From Octopus sinensis (lineage: Eukaryota): a DNA stretch of 64,000 nucleotides. A model generated the notes under the pieces. That model had not been told where the DNA came from. It ran no database searches and saw nothing but the letters and a program-made list of their open reading frames with translations. Below, piece after piece: positions 1 to 13,431 of this stretch. Where the stretch lies: the NCBI RefSeq assembly GCF_006345805.1, contig NC_043022.1, forward strand, positions 4,650,001 to 4,714,000, in the 5' to 3' direction. The position numbers and the translations under genes are program-made. Each line of letters begins with the position of its first letter. Position 1 is the stretch's first letter.

Positions 1-72
1 TTAATCTTCGGATTTTTTTAATATGCTGGGCCACTGGTTTTAATTGATTAATATCAATTTCTACCCTTATTC

Positions 73-113
<41 letters not shown>

Positions 114-115
<2 letters not shown>

Positions 116-503
116 CGTAGGAGTGGCTGTGTGGTAAGTAGCTTGCTAACCAACCACATGGTTCCGGGTTCAGTCCCACTGCGTGGCATCTTGGGCAAGT
201 GTCTTCTGCTATAGCCCCGGGCCGACCAATGCCTTGTGAGTGGATTTGGTAGACGAAACTGAAAGAAGCCTGTCGTATATATGTATATATGTGTGTGTGT
301 GTGTTTGTCCCCGTAGCATTGCTTGACAACCGATGCTGGTGTGTTTACGTCCCCGTCACTTAGCGGTTCGGCAAAAGAGGCCGATAGAATAAGTACTGGG
401 CTTACAAAGAATAAGTCCCGGGGTCGATTTGCTCGACTAAAAAGGCGGTGCTCCAGCATGGCCGCAGTCAAATGACTGAAACAAGTAAAAGAGTAAAGAG
501 TAA
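114..503 (+). mobile_element. SINE family A, full length (tRNA head, CORE-like segment, internal (TA)n(TG)n, 3' module, (GTAAAAGA)n tail)
   Basis: A-box TGGCTGTGTGG, B-box GGTTCAGTCCC, CTTGGGCAAGT motif like the MIR/CORE domain; more than 20 near-identical copies in the window. tRNA-derived SINEs (OK, OR1, OR2) are known from octopus; exact name not assignable here. Confidence 0.9.
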
Positions 504-519
504 ATATATATACACACAC

Positions 520-1760
520 ACACATATATATATGAGCAGAGGTGGAGTGTGGGGTGGAGGAGGAAGAGCAGACTGGACGAGGTAGCAAAAGAAGGCACAG
601 ACACCAATTGTGAAGGCAGATGGAAAAGAAATCCACCAGAAGTGAGCAAATGTTGAGAAAATAAATTGTTTCAATAATGTCAGATAATTAGTTGAATATA
701 AGGAGTGAAATATGGTAAGGAAATGGTCAAAGGAATATTCCATTATTGGCTGCGTCGATGGTGCTTGAAATGGATTACTGTTCTATTCAGATCCATCGAT
801 TCCACTTGACTTCATTCTGTGATTCTCCAAAATGTCTTCATCTAAGAATGCAAACGATGTTGATGAATGACAATGAATTATCGAACGATTACAATAACCG
901 ACGATTACAATAACCAACGATTACAACAACCAACACTGTGTCAACGTAGAGGAACAGAATCGCATGAATGAGATGGTGTGGTCACATATAGTGACATCTC
1001 TCGGAGTAGCAGAGACTTGGAGATAATAATTCTTATCACAAAAGGCAGAGACAAGACAATGGATCCAAACCAATTCAGAAAATATAGTTATCAGAAATAT
1101 AATTAATCAGAAATAGCTTTATCCTGATCGGGTTCAAATGATGGTTAGTGTAACAGAATGGTTCTATATAATTGACTGATTCCAGGGAGATCTTTTATCA
1201 CAATTAATAGCAGTTTTGTACGATCTAACAGCCGTTTAGATTTGAAGAAATAATATGAAACAGAGGAGACGGGATTTGTGACGTAGAATTTCGTATTCTG
1301 TCGCTCGAAGGTAAGAAGAACATAGAATGGAGTGAGTTCAGAAGACTACATGTGATATGCAAAGAATGGCAACGCTATTGCTCGAGGCATTTGGTAAACG
1401 CCTGTCTTGGAAGCGAACAATGAAAGCCAAACCATTTAAATGTGTAACGTTGACAATGAAAGTTATGCCAGTTACTTAATTGGTCTTGTTGTTTGTGACT
1501 GTTTACGCTGTGAGCCATTCCAAGAATATATAGTGACGCTAAATTTCTGATTTCCTATCAGTACATCGGTGATTCAACATGAAACTGTTTGTAGAGTAAA
1601 CTCGAGAGCGGCGGCGGCGGCGGCGGCGGAGACAGAGACGGGGGTGGCGGCCGTTTGCATATTTGTTTTGCGCTTGCGGTGCACTTCGCAGCAAATGAAT
1701 AAATTTTGGTGCACCTTGGGCAGAAAATAAAAACGAAAACAACAACAACAAAAATCAAGC
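520..1760. other. Non-repetitive island with CpG-rich (GGC)7 patch; possible UTR, first exon or promoter of a host gene
   Basis: About 1.2 kb unique sequence; (GGC)n near 1608-1629; 16-bp x3 repeat at 885-932; plus-strand donor-like ATG|GTAAGG and AAG|GTAAGA; orientation unresolved. Confidence 0.35.
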
Positions 1761-1935
1761 AAAAATTGTTTTAAAATGTATTTATATATTTTGGTTTAAA
1801 ATACGCATTATTTAAACTAGAGAAAATTATTAATTAATTATATTCTTCTTTATTTAATTATTATATGTGTACTTGTTCGTTTAATAGATGAAACCTAATT
1901 ATCAACATATTAAAATTGTTTTAGTTTATTTTCTC

Positions 1936-2470
1936 TCTTGCTTCCTCTCTTTCTCTTCTTAACTGTCTGTCTCTGCCTTTCTCTCTCCTTACTTCTCTCT
2001 CACTCTTGTCTATCTCTCTGTTTCTCTCTGTCTATCTTCTTTTCTCTCTCTCTCTGCCTATATTCCTTTTTCTCTCGCTGTCTCTCTCTCACTCTATCTT
2101 TCCCTTTCTCTCTTTCTTTCTGCCTCTCTCTGTCTTTTCCTTAGTCACTTAGTCTCTCTCTCTCTCTCTCTCTGTTTTTCTTTTTCTCTTGTGTGTGTCT
2201 GTCTATCACTCTCTATCATTTCCTCTCTGTCTATCTACCAATCTATCTATCTATCTGTCTTTCTCTCTTTGTCTCTCTTTCCTTCTGTCTATGTTTGCCT
2301 CTCTCTCTCTCTTTCTCACTTTATTTGTCCGTCTGTCTGTCTCTCTCTCCCTCCCCCTCTCTCTCTCTCTTTCTCACTTTATTTGTCCTTCTGTCTGTCT
2401 CCCTTTCTCTCTCTCTCTCTCTTTCTCTCTATTGGTATGTCCATCTGTCTTTCTCCTGAATGTCTCTGTT
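1936..2470. repeat. (CT)n/(CTGT)n low-complexity tract
   Basis: Direct inspection. Confidence 0.95.
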
Positions 2471-2617
2471 ATAACTTAATTATCCATAGTCTGATATAAT
2501 AATAATATTTTAGAATACAAAAAAATTCCTTCTTCAGATATTGCTAGGAATTGATCAAGTCACTGCTATGATCGGTTTTCTAACGGTTACAATAATCTCA
2601 TATATATATATGACTTT

Positions 2618-2814
2618 CGGAAACATTTCTTCACGCTCAGAGTTGCTGAAGCATGGAATAAACTGCCTGCGTCAGTTGTTGACTGCCATGACACTGCATC
2701 CTTTAAGGCCCTCATGCTTTCCGAAATCCGCCAAAACTACACCTGATTATATATACACTTTAGATGAGTTGTAGTGCACCTGAGCACTGTACACAATTAT
2801 TATTATTATTATTA
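2618..2814 (+). mobile_element. CR1-type LINE 3' end
   Basis: Translates RKHFFTLRVAEAWNKLPASVVDCHDTASFKALM..*, a typical CR1 ORF2 C-terminus, then short 3' UTR and (ATT)n tail. Confidence 0.85.
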
Positions 2815-2871
2815 TATATATATATATACACATACATACATGCATGCATGCTGACAGACAAACAGACAGAC

Positions 2872-3201
2872 ATGGGGATTACTCAAAAGGTCATGGCTTT
2901 GGGTAAAAAGAAACAGAGGGGAATCAGTTAATTATGATTTCATTAGACATATCCCCCACCACCACCTCAGATTCCTACACTTATTGCTGTGGTCCTTCAG
3001 TTTTTGTAAGCCCTGTAAAAGGGCTCAGAAGGTTGGGCCTCCAACCAGGCCTTTCACGATACCCTTAAAGATAGGAACTTTCCAGCAACCCCTCATATAT
3101 ATGCATTCATATATATATATATATGAGGGTGCACTGAAAGGTTCCTGGCCTTGGGTAAAAGAAAGTAGAGGAGGATCAGTTAATTATGATTTTATTCAAC
3201 A
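2872..3201 (+). mobile_element. Two diverged mariner-like terminal fragments (2872-2951 and 3122-3201)
   Basis: Both share ..GG(T)C(A/C)TGG...TTGGGTAAAA...ATCAGTTAATTATGATTT; the second starts TATGAGGGTGCACTGAAAGGTTCC, resembling mariner TIRs. Confidence 0.5.
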
Positions 3202-3604
3202 GGAGTGGCTGTGTGGTAAGTAGCTTGCTTAGCAACCACGTGGTTCCGGGTTCAGTCCCACTGCATGGCATCTTGGGCAAGTGTCTTCCATTATAGCCTC
3301 GGGCCGACCAATGCCTTGTGAGTGGATTTGGTAGACGGAAACTGAAAGAAGCCTGTCGTATATATATGTGTATGTGTGTGTGTGTGTTTGTGTGTCTGTG
3401 TTTGTCCCCCTAGCATTGCTTGATAACCGATGCTGGTGTGTTTATATCCCCGTCACTTAGCGGTTCGGCAAAAGAGACCGATAGAATAAGTACTGGGCTT
3501 ACAAAGAATAAGTCCCGGGGTCGATTTGCTTGACTAAAAGGCGGTGCTCCAGCATGGCCGCAGTCAAATGACTGAAACAAATAAAAGAGAAAAGAGAGAA
3601 AGAG
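3202..3604 (+). mobile_element. SINE family A
   Basis: Matches 114-503. Confidence 0.9.
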
Positions 3605-3614
3605 ACATATATAT

Positions 3615-4578
3615 ATGAAATCGAAATTGAATTCAAAATCGAACCAAATTCGACTGGCACCCATGCCAACCCTCCTTCATTGGACACTAAACGCTGCTTG
3701 CGAAGACCTGTTGGGGCAAGTGAAATCAAAATCGAACCAAATTCGACTGGCACCCATGCCAACCCTCCTTCATTGGACACTAAACGCTGCTTGCGAAGAC
3801 CTGTTGGGGCAAGTGAAATCAAAATCGAACCAAATTCGACTGGCACCCATGCCAACCCTCCTTCATTGGACACTAAACGCTGCTTGCGAAGACCTGTTGG
3901 GGCAAGTGAAATCAAAATCGAACCAAATTCGACTGGCACCCATGCCAACCCTCCTTCATTGGACACTAAACGCTGCTTGCGAAGACCTGTTGGGGCAAGT
4001 GAAATCAAAATCGAACCAAATTCGACTGGCACCCATGCCAACCCTCCTTCATTGGACACTAAACTCTGCTTGCGAAGACCTGTTGGGGCAAGTGAAATCA
4101 AAATTGAACCAAATTCGATGACTGGCACCTGTGCCAGTCATGCACTAACGACTACATCTGAGCAAGATCACTGCCAGAGCAGCTGTCTGGCTTCCATGCC
4201 GGTGGCACATAAAGAGCACCATTTGAGCATGATCGTTACGAGTGTCACCTTACTGGCACTTGTGCCGGTGGCACGTGAACAAAACATTCGAGTGAGGTCA
4301 CTACCAGTGCCACTGGACTGACTCCTGTGCATGTAAAAAACACCATTTGAGCGTGGCCGTTGCCAGTACCGCCAGACAGGCCCTCATGCCGGTGGCATGT
4401 AAAAGCACCCGCTACACTCTCGGAGTGGTTGGCGTTAGGAAGGGCATTCAGATGTAGAAACTCTGCCATATCAGATTGGAGCCTGGTGCAGCCATCTGGT
4501 TCGCCAGACTTCAGTCAAATCATCCAACCCATGCTAGCATGGAAAGTGGACGTTAAGTGATGATGATGATGATGATGA
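3615..4578 (+). mobile_element. Family C non-autonomous retroelement, long form, (GAT)n tail
   Basis: 3' block GGTTGGCGTTAGGAAGGGCAT...CCAACCCATGCTAGCATGG..GGACGTTAA(GAT)n recurs more than 10 times; 5' part is expanded as a 93-bp array. Confidence 0.8.
3629..4118 (+). repeat. 93-bp tandem repeat, 5.3 near-identical copies
   Basis: Units start at 3629, 3722, 3815, 3908, 4001 and 4094. Confidence 0.97.
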
Positions 4579-4601
4579 TATATATATATATATATATGAT
4601 A

Positions 4602-5620
<1,019 letters not shown>

Positions 5621-5859
5621 GTACCTTGTTTTTCTGTTGTAAATAATGTTTTTCCCGTTTTCGTTCTCGTCCTGTTCCACGTCTCTGTCTTTCTGTTGTA
5701 ACAAAATGGCTTTTCGGTTTTCGTTTCTGTTGAGTTCTACGTCTTTTTGCGGTGTCCTGTACCTACGTATATATATTTATATATGCATGTATATATACAT
5801 GTACATGTCGGTACGTACATATATGTTTGTATGTATGCATATATTTTATTTCTTACACA

Positions 5860-5899
<40 letters not shown>

Positions 5900-6053
5900 G
5901 TGCCACACAGTGGGATTGAACCTGGAACCATGTGGTTGGGAAGCAAGCTTCTTACTGTGCAGGCATGCCTACACATTTATAGATATATATAGTTGATTAT
6001 GATGATGATGATGATGATATATGTACATGAAAATACAAGTCAGTATTTATGTC

Positions 6054-6090
<37 letters not shown>

Positions 6091-6559
6091 TGCATTGTGT
6101 TTATAATATATGTAACATAATAACACAATAATGAAGAACAGTTACAATAAAAAAGCCAAGCTGCAAAAATGTCTCTGCTGTTGTTCTTGTTGTTGTTGTT
6201 TGTTTTTTTGTTGTTGTTTGTGTGTTCTAACTTGATTTCCCATGAGGCTTTGCAACAAATGAAATATGGCCTCCTCTGATTCACAAGTTCAGATGTAAAT
6301 CTCTTTCGCAAAATATTAAAATGATGGCTGATCTAAAACAATCATTTTAGCAGCTTGTCAGTTTAGATATCAAACAATAATATTGGTTCGGCTATTGATA
6401 AGGAACGGGAAAAATCTCCGTTACACCCTCACCACCACCACCATCGCCACCATCACCAGACACACACACACACACCTTCTGGAACATTCTGGAAAGTGAT
6501 ATTTGAAATGATATCCAATTATTCTCATTCAGTTTTATCTCCATCTCTTCTGTATACAT

Positions 6560-6647
6560 ACATACATACATATGTCTGTATGTATATATACATATATATA
6601 TATAGATATAATATATATATATATATATAATATATATATATATATAT

Positions 6648-6691
<44 letters not shown>

Positions 6692-6722
6692 ATATATACA
6701 TATATATATATATATACATACA

Positions 6723-6762
<40 letters not shown>

Positions 6763-6993
6763 ATATATATATATAATGTATATATAAGCATACATATGCA
6801 TGTACATTTGTGTGCATATATATTTGTGTGTGTATGCATATAAAGATATATATATATATAAATGCATACATATATATGTATATATATATAAGTATATATA
6901 TACATATATATATATACACATACTATATATATATATAATATATATATATATACACACATGTATATATATATAGATATATATTATATGTATATA

Positions 6994-7042
<49 letters not shown>

Positions 7043-7142
7043 TGAGAGAGAGAGAGATATTTATAACTATATGTATATATATATGTATATATATATACAC
7101 TGAGAGAGAGAGAGATATTTATAACATATGTATATATATATG

Positions 7143-7186
<44 letters not shown>

Positions 7187-7514
7187 ATATATATATATAT
7201 ACACTGAGAGAGAGAGAGATATTTATAACTATATGTATATATATATATATATATATATACACACAAACATATATATACACATTCTGGTGTGCTTATCTCC
7301 TTCACTTCATTATATCTCTCCACCTTTAATACAAGTCTTGTACAATTCTGTGATTCTCTCAGAGCTGTAACATATCCATGTTTTTTATTCCCCTCTCCCT
7401 TTTTCTGTTCCAACACATCTCTCTGTTTGTTAATATAATTTCTTATTTACCTATCTGGTCTCTCACCTACCTACCTACCTACCTACCTACCTCCCCATAT
7501 ATACATATGTATAA

Positions 7515-7593
<79 letters not shown>

Positions 7594-7800
7594 TATATTA
7601 TACATATACATACATTCATATTTATATATAGATATATAGATAGAGAGATAGGTAGATACATAGATACATACATACCTCACACGAATAGGTATATATATTA
7701 TATATATATATATATAATATATATATATAATATATATATATATACATACATACTATATATATATTACAATATATATATATAAAGTTATAAATATATGTGT
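6560..7800. repeat. (TA)n-rich tract with a ACACTG(AG)n..ATATTTATAAC higher-order unit x3
   Basis: Direct inspection. Confidence 0.95.
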
Positions 7801-7849
7801 GTGTGTATATGTATACATTTACCTGTTAGTCTGTTTGTCTGCCTGACTG

Positions 7850-8146
7850 TCTATCTGTCTCTCTATTTCTCTATTTATCCACCCACCCATCCATCCATCC
7901 ATCCATCCACCCACCTACCAATCTACCCGTCTGTCTGTCTGGCTATCTATCCATCCTCCTCTCTATGAACCTACCCACCAACCTACCTATCTATCCATCT
8001 ATCTATCTATCTAACTATTTATCTATCTATCTATCTACATACCTATCAATCTATCTATCTAGCTATCTATCTTATCTATCAATCTATCTATCTGTCTACT
8101 TATCTATCTATCTATCTATTTATCTATCTACTTATCTAGCTATCTC

Positions 8147-8203
<57 letters not shown>

Positions 8204-8214
8204 GTTTATCTATC

Positions 8215-8245
<31 letters not shown>

Positions 8246-8404
8246 GCATCTACCTATCAATCTATCTATCTAGCTATGTATCTTATCTATCTATCTATCA
8301 ATCTATCTATCTGTCTATCTATCTGTCTACTTATCTATCTATCTATCTATTTATCTATCTACTTATCTAGCTATCTCTCTATCTATCTATCTATCTATCT
8401 ATGT

Positions 8405-8444
<40 letters not shown>

Positions 8445-8472
8445 TTATCTATCTATCTATCTACCTACTTAC

Positions 8473-8512
<40 letters not shown>

Positions 8513-8680
8513 GCATCTACCTATCAATCTATCTATCTAGCTATGTATCTATCTACCTGTATGCCTGACAGCCTGCCTGCCTGTCTATCCATCCATCCAT
8601 CCATCCATCCATCCACCCACCCACCCACCTATCGCTATGTTTGTCAACCTATTTATATCTCCCCATATATATATATATAT
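7850..8680. repeat. (TATC)n/(CCAT)n microsatellite
   Basis: Direct inspection. Confidence 0.95.
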
Positions 8681-9156
8681 ATATATATATATCTATTTCT
8701 TATACACCTGACTGCTCGGTTAAACAACTCCTTGTCCATCATTCCTCTATCAATAAAACTATTTACCTGGCTTATACATGTTTGTCTCACTGAGCAAATA
8801 TCAATCTTATCGTCCTATCTTTTCTGCATCCATGTCCTACATCAAGTGGTCCTCCATGAATCCGCATCTGCTCGCACGTCCCTCAGTCGCACCCTCTCTC
8901 ATATATATTACACACACACACGCTAATAGACACACGCCTGCATGCATGCATATATACACACACACACATGTGAGCATGCGCATATGTATACTCACATACA
9001 CACATAAAAACACACATGTATACATGTATGCAAAGGCACATACACATATATACACACATATACACGCACACATATATACATACACACACACATATATACA
9101 CATATACATACACACACACATATATACACGCACACACACATATACATACACACACA

Positions 9157-9363
9157 GCTGGTAGAAACGTTAGCACGCCGGGCGAAATTCGTCTGTCGTT
9201 ACGTTCCGAGTTCAAATTCCGCCAAGGTCGACTTTGCCTTTCATCCTTTCGGGGTCGATAAATTAAGTACCAGTTACGCACTGGGGTCGATGTAATCGAC
9301 TTAATCTCTTTCTCTGTCCTTGTTTGTCCCCTCTGTGTTTAGCCCCTTGTGGGTAGTAAAGAA
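9157..9363 (+). mobile_element. SINE family B (tRNA head, CATCCTTTCGGGGTCGATAAATTAAGTACCAG central domain)
   Basis: B-box GAGTTCAAATTCC; about 10 copies in the window; 3' end TTGTGGGTAGTAAAGAAATA. Confidence 0.9.
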
Positions 9364-9811
9364 ATATATACATACACACACACATATAAACATACACACA
9401 CACACATATATATATATATGCAAACATACAAATATATATGTATTTATATAAATATACACACATACACCTACATATTCATACCTATACATACATGCATACA
9501 TATACACACTCATCTCCCTATTGTTTCTCTGCTAATTTCTTTGACCAATTTCTTAAAAGTCTTTTTCACTAATATGTGTATATATGTGTGTGTGTGTGTA
9601 TCTATATGTGTATATATATGCATGTGTGTGTGTATGTATATATGTGTGCGTGTATATGTTCCTTTCTCTCTCACTCGCCATTACACCCTCCCCCTCTCTT
9701 TCATTTCTTTCTCTTACACTCCACCCTCTCTCCTTCCCTCTCTCTCATCCCTCCTCCTCTTCTGACTCAACTCGTCTTGTTCTCTTCTTTCCTCAGATAT
9801 CATCCTTTATT

Positions 9812-10347
9812 CTTTCTTTTATTGGTTTCCGTCATTTGATTGTGGCCATGCTGCAGCACCGCCCTTTAGTCAAGCAAATCGACCCCGGGACTTATTCCTT
9901 TTGTAAGCCTAGTACTTATCTTATCGGTCTCTTTTGCCGAACCACTAAGTTACAGGTACATAAACGCACCAGCATATACATACACGCACACACACACACA
10001 TATATATATACATATATATACGACAGGCTTCTTTCAGTTTCCGTCAACCAAATCCACTCACAAGGCTTTGCTTGGCCCAAAGCTATAGTAGAAGACACTT
10101 GCCCAAGGTGCCATGCAGTGGGACTGAACCCGGAACCGTGTGACTGGGAAGCAAACTTCTTACCACACAGCCACTCCTGCACCTATATATATATATACAC
10201 ATATATACGACAGGCTTCTTTCAGTTTCCATCTATCAAATCCACTCACAAGGCTTTGGTCGGCCTGAGGCTATAGCAGCAGACACTTGCCCAAGGTGCCA
10301 TGCAGTGGGACTGAACCTGGAACCATGTGGTTGAGAAGCCACTCCTG
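9812..10347 (-). mobile_element. SINE family A with a second head (10206-10347)
   Basis: Reverse-complement match; head region duplicated. Confidence 0.85.
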
Positions 10348-11084
10348 TACCTGCCCATCACCATTCTCTATTTTCCCCACCCTCGTCAACCTCATCCCCC
10401 AACACTGCCATCTCTGCTCCATTCACACCTCTCTCCTTATTTTATACTCTCCCTTCTCCTCGCTTCCATTCCTCTCACCCCTCACTCTCTCGTATGTACC
10501 TTCATACGGTTTCTCTCTACATTCTCTCCTCCCACCCCTTTATTTTCTCATTCCCCACCCTCCCAATGGACACAGCCCCTCCCCCCACAGTTTAACACAA
10601 CTGTTCTTTCTTTCTTTCTTTCTTTCTTCCCCTCTTTAATTTATAAATTTGTAAATCTCATCTCGGTCTTTCAACCACGAAACAATTGATGAAAAATCAA
10701 TCACACACACATACCTGCACACACGCATACACATGTCCACATGCACACACACACACACGCATACACATGCAGTTATGCAATACAAACACACGCACACATC
10801 GGTATGCACACACACATAAGGACACACACACATGCAGTTATGCACATACAAACACACTCACATGCACACACACTTATGCACACATGCACACACACAAACA
10901 TGCAGACATACACATGCACCCATGCACACACACACACACTTCCCATCACCATCGCTGTCATGGTTTCCATCTTCACACGGATCAGACAAACTTCATTCGG
11001 CCAAATTCTCTCCTCCCAGATGCTTCTCCTGTTGTCAACCCCGTTTCCAAGCAACATAACATTTCCCTTCTCCGAGTAGTGCGC

Positions 11085-11279
11085 TGGCTGAACCATTAGC
11101 ATGCTAGGCAAAAGCCTTACTCACTTTCATCCATCTTGACATTCTGAGTTCAAATCCTGTTGAGGTCGTTTTTACCTTTTATCCTTTCAGGGGCACTAAA
11201 ATAGGCAACACTTGAACACTGGGGTTGCTCTAATCAACTTACACCACTCTCCTGAAATTGCTGGCCTTGTGCCAAAATT

Positions 11280-11310
<31 letters not shown>

Positions 11311-11520
11311 TTAAAGCGGAGAGATAGCAGAATCGTTAGCATGCCGGGTGAAATGCTTAGTAGTATTTCGCCCATCTCTATGGTCTGAGTTCAAATTCTG
11401 CCAAAGTGGACTTTGTTTTTCATCCTTTCGGGGTCGATAAATTAAGTACCAGTCAGTCAGGTACTGGGGCCAATGTAATCAATATTCCCTTCCCCCAAAA
11501 TTTCAGGCCTTGGGCCTATA
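11085..11520 (+). mobile_element. Two older diverged family-B SINEs
   Basis: GAGTTCAAAT(T/C)C heads and CATCCTTTCGGGGTCGATAAATTAAGTACC cores, separated by (ATT)n. Confidence 0.75.
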
Positions 11521-11534
11521 GCAGAAAGGATGGT

Positions 11535-12990
11535 CGTCGTCATCATCATCATCTTCTTCTTCTTTCAATTCTGTTTCCATTTCTTGCCAAGTGTCTTCCT
11601 GACACCTAGGGCAGAGAAACTCACTATACACATTGGTAGGCCAAAATTCACAGCAACAATACTCTTCTCAATACATGTGACGTACCAGTTAAGACAATCT
11701 TTTGCACTTCCTGCATGGATGGTAAACCAGGGATCATTCTTAGATAATTTTCAGTTCCTTTTTTGATCATTCCAAGTGCTCCGATAATCACTGGTATTGT
11801 AACCATCTCGAGATGCCACATCTTTTCGATTTCGATTAGCAAATTTTTATATTTTCTGAGCTTATCAAATTCTTTTGCTGAGATATTATGGGCCCATGTC
11901 AATCAATAAAGAGACTGGTTTATTAGCTTTGATGCTCCAGTCTGTACATATTGGGAGGCCCCAAAGAATAGTTACATTTTCTCCCTCAGTTACAGCCTTG
12001 TACCATTTGTCAGCAGGTTTGATTTTATAATGCCGACAGTGTAGCCACTCATGGGTGTGCTTCTGGTCTACATCAGCTTGTTTGCTACGGGCCACATATT
12101 TGCCAAGCCGAAGATTTTGTTCCCACCTTTCAACCAATTATTCAAATGCATTTTGTTTTGCTATTGACTTCACATTCTTTTTATAACAGTTACTCTCTCT
12201 CTCTCTTTTTACTCTTTTACTTGTTTCAGTCTTTTGACTGTGGCCATGCTGGAGCACCGCCTTTAGTCGAGCAAATCAACCCCGGGACTTATTCTTTGGA
12301 AGCCCAGTACTCATTCTATCAGTCTCTTTTGCCGAACCGCTAAGTGACGGGGACGTAAACACACCAGCATCGGTTGTCAAGCAATGCTAGGGGGACAAAC
12401 ACAGACACACAAACACACACACGCATATATATATATATACACATATACAACAGGCTTCTTTCAGTTTCCGTCTACCAAATCCACTCACAAGGCATTGGTC
12501 GGCCTGGGGCTATAGCAGAAGACACTTGCCCAAGATGCCACGCAGTGGGACTGAACCCGGAACCATGTGGTTGGTTAGCAAGCTACTTACCACACAGCCA
12601 CTCCTGCACCTTCCATCATGTTGTTCAACCTGGGTATTATGTATAAACTCACTTGAAAATTTTTTGCTCTCCTTCATAACAGAATGAAGCTCCTTACATC
12701 TTTCATGGTTTTCAATGAGCTTTAGCATCCAGTCATTGGATTCTTCAGGATATTTTGCTAGTCTAATTGTGGTGGTTTTGTCAGACATTTCAAATTGGAT
12801 CAAGCCTCAACTTCTTTGAGTTCTGGGTAAGTAAAGACTATCTCCATCTGCCTTTGGGTGGTGCATCTTATTGCAAGGCAGCAGCTGACAGATTTTCTTG
12901 TCAATCTTACTTATTTCACTCATGTTCCAGTTCAACATATTGAAACTGTAAATAACAACTGGACTTCTTAAGGAATTTATAGCTAACACC
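11535..12990 (-). mobile_element. R4/Dong-clade (RLE-type) LINE 3' relic, interrupted by SINE A
   Basis: Translates AINSLRSPVVIYSF..NW, KMHHPKADGDSLYLPR, GLIQFE, DVDQKHTHEWL, VTILWGLPI..IKANKP, LLIDM, NISAKEFDKLRKYKNLLIEIEKMW...PVIIGALG...LTGTSHVLRRVL*; short 3' UTR and (GAA)n(GAT)n tail. Confidence 0.88.
12200..12610 (-). mobile_element. SINE family A inserted in the R4 LINE
   Basis: LINE reading frames continue on both sides. Confidence 0.9.
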
Positions 12991-13031
12991 TTCTTCTTCT
13001 TCTTCTTCTTATTATTATTATTATTGAGAGT

Positions 13032-13420
13032 GGAGGTGCAATGGCCCAGTGGTTAGGGCAGCGGACTCGCGGTCATAGGATCGCGGTTTCGATTCCCAGA
13101 CCGGGCATTGTGAGTGTTTATTGAGCGAAAACACCTAAAGCTTCACAAGGCTCCTGTAGGGGATGGTGGTGAACCCTGCTGTACTCTTTCACCACAACTT
13201 TCTCTCACTCTTTCTTCCTGTTTCTGTTGTACCTGTATTTCAAAGGGCCAGCCTTGTCACACTCTGTGTCACGCTGAATCTCCTTGAGAACTACGTTAAG
13301 GGTACACGTGTCTGTGGAGTGCTCAGCCACTTGCACGTTAATTCCACGAGCAAGCTGTTCCGTTGATCGTATCAGCTGGGACCCTCATCATCGTAACCGA
13401 CGGAGTGCTCCTACTACTAT
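13032..13420 (+). mobile_element. SINE family D (tRNA-derived), TSD TTATTATTGAG
   Basis: A-box TGGCCCAGTGG, B-box GGTTTCGATTCCC; 11-bp direct repeat at 13018-13028 and 13421-13431; second copy at 51571-51950. Confidence 0.9.
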
Positions 13421-13431
13421 TTATTATTGAG

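Noticed and set aside
3499-4321. Repeat-protein ORFs over the 93-bp array
   Set aside because: Open on both strands because of unit length; the unit is part of a retroelement.
6169-6279. 36-aa signal-peptide-like ORF MSLLLFLLLLFVFLLLFVCSNLISHEALQQMKYGLL
   Set aside because: Hydrophobicity comes from a (TTG)n microsatellite; no other support.
12374-12646. Recurrent MSSNARGTNT / MLGGQTQT / MTTDAGVF ORFs
   Set aside because: Translations of SINE A on either strand.
13032-13105. tRNA genes at SINE heads (families A, B, D, G)
   Set aside because: A/B boxes are present but cloverleaves are imperfect and continue into SINE bodies with TSDs.
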